Of a stretch of DNA of 64,000 bases, positions 58,051 through 64,000 are shown one piece after another. How positions within the stretch are numbered: position 1 is the first letter of the stretch; every line of letters begins with the position of its first letter. The DNA is from a virus. Its lineage: Duplodnaviria > Caudoviricetes. The stretch covers positions 60,781-124,780 of the IMG/VR virus record IMGVR_UViG_3300006851_000007; one strand, given 5' to 3'. The notes beneath the pieces were generated by a model. It had not been told where the DNA came from and searched no databases. It saw only the letters and a program-made list of their open reading frames with translations. A program made the position numbers and the translations under genes.

Positions 58051-59245
58051 TGAGGCTGCAGAAATCATCCTGGAGAATAACCTCAACCCGAAGGATGGGC
58101 CTTATTCATTCTCAACTCTCGAGTTGTGCCCCCTGTCTTTCAAGTTCTATAAGATTGACAAAAAGCCTGGAGCTACCATCACTAGATTTGGAACTGATGT
58201 TGGTCAGGCAAAACACATACTTGCAGAGCATGATGTCAGAATGAGAATGACCCTCCCCGCAGACAAGTGGATCTCTGCAGAGGTTATGGTTGATAGGCTC
58301 ATCCAGAAGATGCCTCAGTACATTGAGTATATCGATGATCTTACCAGCTCTCTTCAGAAGTTCAGGTTTAATTTCGACATCGATTCAGACAAATATCTAG
58401 AGAGTGAGCTTAGACTTGGTTGTGACTTCAACATGAAACCCACCAAGTTTGATGACCCCTCTTGCTGGTTTAGGGGTCTTGCTGACTATATTGAGGTATC
58501 TAACGGCATCGCCAGGCTGGTCGACTTTAAGAACTACCCCACCATCCACTCCGATGCCCAAATACTTGATATCTCAGAAGGGGTAGGAAGGCAGCTGTTT
58601 GGATACGGCGCACTTCTTATGGCCGCGTTTCCACAAATCACCGGCTTTTATTATGAGGTCTACTACTTTAGATACGGAGTATCAAAGAGGCCTTTTTATA
58701 AAAACGAAGCCGGAGAGATGGAGCTAAAGGTATTTGAAAGGAGTGACGTTGAATCGTGGTGGAAAAACAACCAGAGAAAAATGCTGGCATTTGAAATGCT
58801 TGATGAGTACACCCCAGCCCCATCACAAAGAAAGTGCCAATACTGCAGCTATGTAAATGATTGCACATGGATGAACACAGAAAGGGGCGAGTCTGATGTT
58901 ATTGTGACTACAGACGAAGAGGCGCACAACAATCTTAAAAAGCTCATCATTCTAGAGGAGCAAAGAGAAAGGATTAGGTCGGCGCTAAAAGAGTATGTCG
59001 CAAAAGACAAAGGGTTTATAGAGAGCGAAGATTACTTTTTTGGATACAAAGAAACTGAATCTTCCTCCATAGACCCGAAGGTGTTTATGGATATATGTAG
59101 AAACGCAAACATAGATCCAAGTAAATATGTTAGTGTCACCTCAACTAATATTAACAAGGTCAAGAAGCTTCTTGATGAGGCATCGCTAAAGAAAATGGAA
59201 GATGCTATCATTGTAAAGAAGAGGACACGATTTAGCTCGAGGTGA
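57983..59245 (+). CDS. PD-(D/E)XK RecB/Cas4-like exonuclease
   Basis: SFSTLELCP, FRGLADY, LVDFK, QL..YG, CQYCSYVNDC; start may be TTG 58040. Confidence 0.85.
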   Translation: MTNLKSFLKRKGKKEASSSLSSNEAAEIILENNLNPKDGPYSFSTLELCPLSFKFYKIDKKPGATITRFGTDVGQAKHILAEHDVRMRMTLPADKWISAEVMVDRLIQKMPQYIEYIDDLTSSLQKFRFNFDIDSDKYLESELRLGCDFNMKPTKFDDPSCWFRGLADYIEVSNGIARLVDFKNYPTIHSDAQILDISEGVGRQLFGYGALLMAAFPQITGFYYEVYYFRYGVSKRPFYKNEAGEMELKVFERSDVESWWKNNQRKMLAFEMLDEYTPAPSQRKCQYCSYVNDCTWMNTERGESDVIVTTDEEAHNNLKKLIILEEQRERIRSALKEYVAKDKGFIESEDYFFGYKETESSSIDPKVFMDICRNANIDPSKYVSVTSTNINKVKKLLDEASLKKMEDAIIVKKRTRFSSR

Positions 59246-59248
59246 TAT

Positions 59249-59677
59249 ATGAATGAAGGTGATTTTTTCAAAAAAACCGTAGAGAGTATCGATAACCTCG
59301 GTACATCCTCTATTGAAAGTTCTAGAGGTCATGACCTTAATATCGTCATGGTAGACATTAACCACAGAACAGGAGACGACGGTAACAAAAACACGATTAT
59401 ACTTGTATATGTAAGGCCAGACATAAACCCGCAGACTGTTTATAGACCTCTGGTTATGACTTGCCAGAGGTTGTTTGGGGCAAAGAGGGATACTCGCTAT
59501 TTCGAGACATCTTTTATACCCAAAAATAGCGTTCAGCTGTCAACAGGGGAGTCTGGCGATTTCGATTGCTTTGATATCGTTATCAAATACCCGAAAAGCA
59601 TGCTGTACGATATTGATGGTCTCAAGTCTGTATTTCTTACAGAGTTTAATAGAAATTTAGATAAAGTGGGGAGATAA
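59249..59677 (+). CDS. hypothetical protein
   Basis: GAGG RBS, operonic. Confidence 0.55.
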   Translation: MNEGDFFKKTVESIDNLGTSSIESSRGHDLNIVMVDINHRTGDDGNKNTIILVYVRPDINPQTVYRPLVMTCQRLFGAKRDTRYFETSFIPKNSVQLSTGESGDFDCFDIVIKYPKSMLYDIDGLKSVFLTEFNRNLDKVGR

Positions 59678-60093
59678 TGCTTGAGTGGGTTGAGGTGGCT
59701 GACGGTATTGTGAGGTTTGGGGACCTCTACTCCACGTCAAACTTCGACCCCACTCCTGAGGATATTGAGAGGATTCTCAATATTGCGAAAAAGAGTGGGG
59801 CTATTGGTATTGTTCGTCACGGAAAAGACACCCTGGTTTTTAAAGACGGCGAATTTCTTAAAAATGGCGAGTATATAAAGACCCCCCTGCACCCACCCTT
59901 CGCCTCTATCACTGAGTGTAGAATTATTGACAGGATGTCTTGTGGTAAGAAGTATGACATTGATACCATGCTGAAGATTGTGAACGAGCTTTGTGGTAAT
60001 GAAAGGCTTCTAAATAAAATGGTGGAGGAGCATTACCTGGAGAAGGTTGATGGTAAATACACCCTCCTGTGGGGGTGCGACAATAGGAGGTAG
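59677..60093 (+). CDS. hypothetical protein
   Basis: TAATG coupling. Confidence 0.55.
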   Translation: MLEWVEVADGIVRFGDLYSTSNFDPTPEDIERILNIAKKSGAIGIVRHGKDTLVFKDGEFLKNGEYIKTPLHPPFASITECRIIDRMSCGKKYDIDTMLKIVNELCGNERLLNKMVEEHYLEKVDGKYTLLWGCDNRR

Positions 60094-60095
60094 CT

Positions 60096-60512
60096 GTGAC
60101 TCGAGCTTTTAGGCATGTTGACACATTAATTTCAGAAGCCGCCTCAGACTATGAGTGTGAGGCGTGTGGGTCAGGAATAGCTAAAGGGTCTGTTCACCGC
60201 AATGAGTATGCATTCAGGAGGGGTGTTCAAACATCGCACCGACTGTGTCTTGAGTGTGGAGATCTTTTTGATTTAAAAAAAGACATAGATTTTCTCGATC
60301 TTCCTGATTATATATCAGGCCTGGAAGCCAAGGTTGTGGCTAGAGATGTCAGGAAGTTTAAATTCATGCTGAGGTATATAGCCACAGTAATGAAAAAGAG
60401 TTCAGATATATCCGACTTCCTTCGGTCAGTCATGAGTGAGGTCAGAAAGAATGAAATCGAATCAAAGTGGAGCGGCTCAGACGACAAATATATATTCAAA
60501 AGTGAGCTATGA
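60096..60512 (+). CDS. zinc-finger hypothetical protein
   Basis: CEAC...CLEC; AGGAGG RBS + GTG. Confidence 0.6.
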   Translation: MTRAFRHVDTLISEAASDYECEACGSGIAKGSVHRNEYAFRRGVQTSHRLCLECGDLFDLKKDIDFLDLPDYISGLEAKVVARDVRKFKFMLRYIATVMKKSSDISDFLRSVMSEVRKNEIESKWSGSDDKYIFKSEL

Positions 60513-60796
60513 ACTCGTCCACATCGAGTCACAACCACATCCATAATGGTGCAATAATGGAAGATATTTTTAATGTCACTTGCCCGAAGTGTGGGTCTAG
60601 TGATGTCCAGTATATTGTTAGAGGGTTCGCTTCATTTGATAGACCCCAAATGGGGAGTATGGGCAATGTTTATACAAAATCTATAAGCGATTTTGAAATT
60701 AGTAGTGAGGCTGACTACCCCTTCTCTTGCCATGAATGTATGGAGAGGTTCACAAAGGAAGATATACTTAAAACTGGAGAGTATGATGGGGTTTAA
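60509..60796 (+). CDS. zinc-ribbon hypothetical protein
   Basis: CPKCGS...CHEC. Confidence 0.6.
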   Translation: MNSSTSSHNHIHNGAIMEDIFNVTCPKCGSSDVQYIVRGFASFDRPQMGSMGNVYTKSISDFEISSEADYPFSCHECMERFTKEDILKTGEYDGV

Positions 60797-60977
60797 AAAG
60801 CTGTTTTCAAAAGCTGTCACCAGTATCCCTACGAGCAGCAGGGAGGTCGGTGAAAGACTTGTATACATAATGTCTGGCCAAGCTCTTGTGGACACCGCAG
60901 AAGCTACCGTAGAGGAGGTTGAGGAGTTCTTAGACGGTGTCGCAAAAGCTCTGGAGGGTGATGATAAAGATGGCTAA
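60783..60977 (+). CDS. small hypothetical protein
   Basis: GGAG RBS before ATG 60783 (ORF track starts at 60693). Confidence 0.5.
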   Translation: MMGFKKLFSKAVTSIPTSSREVGERLVYIMSGQALVDTAEATVEEVEEFLDGVAKALEGDDKDG

Positions 60978-61003
60978 ATTCACACCCCGTTTTGCGTTAT
61001 AAT
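60973..61003 (+). promoter_or_regulatory. GCTAAA-N19-TATAAT promoter
   Basis: motif match. Confidence 0.7.
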
Positions 61004-61160
61004 AATAGTGTAGGAGGAAATACCTTCTACCTCTTGGGGAGTAATACCCTTAACCTCAAGATGAAACCAAGGGGTGCCCTCATGTGGCAATATCAACTAT
61101 AGGACATCTGTTGCCGGATGTTGAAGTGTTGAGAATAATCCGCATGAGAAAGGACAGCGA

Positions 61161-61514
61161 ATGAAAATTATTCGCTTAACCCGCCACGAGGCCGAAGAGG
61201 CGCAACGAATCGCCCTCAAAAAGGCCTTCGGTGAGGACTGCGAGATTAAAACGATCTCAGAATCCTTACCGATGAATACTCGTGAAGCCGTAGCTCGCTT
61301 TGACGAGCTCGTTGGGGACGCCCAGGTGGTTGAGGCAGTATTGCCCGTAAACCTCCTTGAAGCGATCCTCAAGTTCACTGAGTTCTCGAAAGGTGGCGGA
61401 GTCGTCCTCCGTTCTGTCATGGACCGCAAGGTCGATGACAACGGATCAGTCAACTTCACCTTCAACCACTACGAGGTGGTGAAGAAGATCGAAGTTGTCA
61501 CTGAACCGCTCTAG
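61161..61514 (+). CDS. hypothetical protein (early-type, CGN codon usage)
   Basis: AAGGA RBS; all Arg codons are CGN. Confidence 0.65.
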   Translation: MKIIRLTRHEAEEAQRIALKKAFGEDCEIKTISESLPMNTREAVARFDELVGDAQVVEAVLPVNLLEAILKFTEFSKGGGVVLRSVMDRKVDDNGSVNFTFNHYEVVKKIEVVTEPL

Positions 61515-61781
61515 CGGTGACGGCGAGGGGGAATAGTCAACCCCCGATAACATCGGTGCTGCTCACGTTAAAGCAGACGCCCTGAGGAGGGCGTGAGTTT
61601 GACGGACTCTAACTAAGTTGGTAACAACATCCTCAATCTCGCATATCAAGCGAGATTACGGGAGCAGTGAGGTGGTACTCATCGACTGCCGATGATGTGT
61701 ACTACCTGTTACGGTGATCGGCAGGCCCTGTGGTATGGCTTCTACCACCGTCCGACTCACCCAGACGTTGAATTGGGTGAG
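61515..61781 (+). ncRNA. candidate structured RNA / hairpin array
   Basis: about 9 consecutive stem-loops and no ORF. Confidence 0.4.
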
Positions 61782-61814
61782 AGTCCTAAGCATGACTATA
61801 AACTGCTTTTTTTT
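61782..61814 (+). terminator. pseudoknot + U-tract element, copy 1
   Basis: AGTC-CTA-AGCA-T-GACT-ATAAAC-TGCT-T-run. Confidence 0.6.
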
Positions 61815-61825
61815 ACTTAGATAGG

Positions 61826-61856
61826 GCTAAATACTGGGGGCCATTTACGACATAAT
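61826..61856 (+). promoter_or_regulatory. GCTAAA-N19-CATAAT promoter
   Basis: motif match. Confidence 0.65.
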
Positions 61857-61860
61857 ATAT

Positions 61861-62814
61861 ATGAAGGAAAGAAAGTGGTTCTTTCCAGATATCTCAGAGG
61901 AGAGAGATATGGATTTAAAGGCATTTCTTGCCGCCGGAATAGGTGGCAAGTCTAACTCCTTTGCAGAGGACGAAAAGTCCTCTGTGGAGGAGTTCAGTCC
62001 CTTAACCAAGGAGGAGGTTTACGCCTCCTTGGTTGAACAGGGGGTTGAAGACCCCCTCCGTGCCAACCCAATGTATTGGCACCAGACCCTCCTCGACAAC
62101 AAGGATGTTGTCGAGGATAGAAAACTAGCTCAGAAAGAGATCTATCATGAGCTCTTTCTGAGCAAAAATGCGCCCCTTAAAGGGCGCAGCCACCTCCGGT
62201 GGCAAAGTGTAAGGCACGACTGTAAAGTCGTGCTGGTCGTCGGGGATGACAACCCCGACGTCTACTGGGGGGAAGAAGGAGAGGGGGAGTGGTCCCTCTT
62301 CTTTATCGGTGTGGGGGGACACCGAAAACTCAAGGTGAGGGGGGAACTCAAGGTGGAGGGGTACCTTGAGGTTCCTGAAAACCCAATGAGGAGCCTCTTT
62401 GAGAAAGAAGCCTCCCTCAAAGGGTGGAGGAGCGCTTACAGAGAAGCGCTCCGCGAACTCGAGAGAGTTCAAAGGTCAGAGGTGTCCATCCTCCAAGAGA
62501 GGGTGGATGAGGAGCTCGTGAAATCCCAGTATATGGGATTTTGCGATAGCTTTGTAAAGCACAGGACGGTGACAAAAGTCACCGTCCTGGGGAAAGAGCT
62601 CGTCGAGGTCGAGGTCAATGACCCTGACCACGACGAGATCGTATCCATGGCTGAGGAGGAGGCCATGGAGTATAGAAGTAAAGCCCTCAAGGATGCCGAA
62701 GAGGCCTTCAGTAAGGCCTCCGAGGAGGTTGAGGATACCCTTCGGCCGTACAGGAGGGCGGTCGAGGAGTATCAAAAGGAGGTTGATGCTATGATTGCAA
62801 AATGGCAATCATAG
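61861..62814 (+). CDS. hypothetical Glu-rich coiled-coil protein
   Basis: 317-aa ORF; likely start ATG 61909 after GAGGAG. Confidence 0.65.
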   Translation: MKERKWFFPDISEERDMDLKAFLAAGIGGKSNSFAEDEKSSVEEFSPLTKEEVYASLVEQGVEDPLRANPMYWHQTLLDNKDVVEDRKLAQKEIYHELFLSKNAPLKGRSHLRWQSVRHDCKVVLVVGDDNPDVYWGEEGEGEWSLFFIGVGGHRKLKVRGELKVEGYLEVPENPMRSLFEKEASLKGWRSAYREALRELERVQRSEVSILQERVDEELVKSQYMGFCDSFVKHRTVTKVTVLGKELVEVEVNDPDHDEIVSMAEEEAMEYRSKALKDAEEAFSKASEEVEDTLRPYRRAVEEYQKEVDAMIAKWQS

Positions 62815-62824
62815 CATCAACCTC
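62779..62824. repeat. perfect 20-bp inverted repeat
   Basis: GAGGTTGATGCTATGATTGC-aaaatg-GCAATCATAGCATCAACCTC. Confidence 0.9.
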
Positions 62825-62825
62825 A

Positions 62826-62857
62826 AGACCTGAGCAAGTCTATAAACTGCTTTTTTT
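62826..62857 (+). terminator. pseudoknot + U-tract element, copy 2
   Basis: AGAC-CTG-AGCA-A-GTCT-ATAAAC-TGCT-T-run. Confidence 0.6.
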
Positions 62858-62868
62858 ACTTAGTCAGT

Positions 62869-62899
62869 GCTAAATATCAATACCCCTTTCTGGTATAAT
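62869..62899 (+). promoter_or_regulatory. GCTAAA-N19-TATAAT promoter
   Basis: motif match with extended TGG before the -10. Confidence 0.7.
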
Positions 62900-62904
62900 A
62901 TATA

Positions 62905-63345
62905 TGAAGGAGTAAACACCTTCGAGGTTGTTGGGAGACCTTAACTCCCATTGCACCCAACCGGGCTTCGCCAGAAAGTTTCTGGCCTCATACGGAGAGT
63001 GGTATGGGTACCACCTAAAGGACGCCTGGGAAACGTCGCTCCCTATCTAGGGAGAAGTACCCCGAGCCTGCTGTCGGTACCAGCAGGACAAGAGGCAAGC
63101 AGTGATCCAAATCTCTGGAACACCTGGTTGCATGAATCCAACCAAAAGTCCTCTTGGGTTACCTCGATTGATACCACGAGGCCATCTCGGTATCCGCACC
63201 TTTCACGAGGGTGCGTACTTCTCCGGCGACTCGCTGCCGGTGGGCTAAGGCTCAAACGCGAGGGGTGCTAGGCCCTCTGGGGAAGTTCCAGAGGGGCGCT
63301 CAAACCCAAAAGGTTTGACCTATACCAATTCGGATAGGTCCACTA
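62905..63345 (+). ncRNA. candidate structured RNA / long hairpin-array leader
   Basis: about 440 nt after a promoter with 10 or more stem-loops; shares modules with 61515-61781 and 63963-64000. Confidence 0.45.
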
Positions 63346-63362
63346 AAGCAAGGAGTGAATCC

Positions 63363-63809
63363 TTGGCCATCATCATCATCGACGGGTCTCATGTGGACCA
63401 CGTCGATGCGGATGTTCTCGACGCGATCCTGGATCGCTACGAGGGCCGAGAGTTCGCTGACCAGCTCTTCATCGAATCCTTCGAGGTTCCGGGAATCCAA
63501 CTTGAGTGTGGAATCCATGGACCCTCGATGGGAGATGAACCCGTCCAAGAGGACGAGGTCTACTACGCCGTTCGCGGTGATCGCAAGTGGACCTCTCGTA
63601 TGGTCGACCGCCCCGTGCGGAAGACCGATCTTGTGACGGTGATCGCTGGCCCCGCTCCCGGTGTCGTTGAGGGCAATCTTGCCCTCTACACGACCTACGG
63701 CGGTCCTCTGGCTCCTCGTGAGCCAGAGGACCCTTCAATCGGGAGCGAGGAGGAGCTTCAGGAGTCGAAAGACTTCTGGGCTCTTCACGCACTCTCTCCC
63801 AACTCGTGA
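63363..63809 (+). CDS. hypothetical acidic protein (early-type, high GC3)
   Basis: AAGGAG RBS favours TTG 63363 (ORF track 63315); CGN/ATC codons. Confidence 0.65.
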   Translation: MAIIIIDGSHVDHVDADVLDAILDRYEGREFADQLFIESFEVPGIQLECGIHGPSMGDEPVQEDEVYYAVRGDRKWTSRMVDRPVRKTDLVTVIAGPAPGVVEGNLALYTTYGGPLAPREPEDPSIGSEEELQESKDFWALHALSPNS

Positions 63810-63882
63810 GAGAAGGTCCGCCCGCCACCGTCGAATAAATAAGATGGGTGGCCGAGCTAACCACTTGGGAACAGAACGGTCA

Positions 63883-63915
63883 AGACCTTAGCAAGTCTAT
63901 AAACTGCTTTTTTTT
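63883..63915 (+). terminator. pseudoknot + U-tract element, copy 3
   Basis: AGAC-CTT-AGCA-A-GTCT-ATAAAC-TGCT-T-run. Confidence 0.6.
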
Positions 63916-63926
63916 GCCTAGTCGGT

Positions 63927-63956
63927 GCTAAACAACAGCACCCTTTCTGGTATAAT
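63927..63956 (+). promoter_or_regulatory. GCTAAA-N18-TATAAT promoter
   Basis: motif match; shares CCCTTTCTGGTATAAT with the 62869 copy. Confidence 0.7.
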
Positions 63957-64000
63957 GTATGTGGACGCCTGAGAAGCGTCGCTCTCTCTATCTAGGGGGA

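Noticed and set aside
57983-59245. Cas4 of a CRISPR-Cas system
   Set aside because: Stand-alone PD-(D/E)XK nuclease in a replication/recombination context with no cas1/cas2 or array.
61576-61700. Hammerhead ribozyme (CTGAGGA core-like)
   Set aside because: No correctly placed GAAA and stem II/III arrangement; the CTGAGGA lies in a simple hairpin loop.
62951-63271. 106-aa ORF in the hairpin array
   Set aside because: TTG start without a clear RBS, atypical composition, and the region is dominated by stem-loops.
62905-63809. Self-splicing intron with an encoded ORF
   Set aside because: No interrupted host gene, no recognisable group I/II core, and the downstream ORF lacks RT, HNH, GIY-YIG or LAGLIDADG motifs.
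61782-63956. Repeated ~30-bp element as a CRISPR array
   Set aside because: Copies are ~1 kb apart and separated by whole genes rather than 30-40-nt spacers; no cas operon.

Overview
This is a 64 kb internal segment of a large, contractile-tailed (myovirus-type) bacteriophage using standard genetic code 11. No terminase, portal or DNA polymerase is recognisable, so the genome extends beyond the window. Layout: head module (prohead protease, scaffold-like proteins, major capsid; ~0.9-12.5 kb); neck, sheath and tube (11.5-17.3 kb); tail chaperone with a -1 frameshift, tape measure and baseplate hub (27-38 kb); a phage sigma factor; a minus-strand lysis, fibre and baseplate-wedge block (39.6-53 kb); DNA-metabolism genes (53-59 kb); and an early-type region of repeated promoter/pseudoknot cassettes and hairpin arrays (61-64 kb). 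The standout is a minus-strand island inside the tail region (20.7-25.0 kb) encoding an apparently complete ubiquitin-like conjugation pathway: a tandem di-Ubl precursor (..NVKGG / ..NVEGG-Q), an E2-like protein, a JAB/MPN+ peptidase, a ThiF/E1 enzyme and a second E2-like paralog, with its own promoter and an attenuating terminator after the Ubl gene. Other notable signals are a recurrent K-x-A motif and N-terminal leader in head proteins, three tRNAs matching the phage-favoured AGA/AGG/ATA codons, a GCTAAA-N18/19-NATAAT promoter at about 10 sites, and a covarying pseudoknot + U-tract element repeated three times. All protein calls come from motif reading and gene context; no searches were run.
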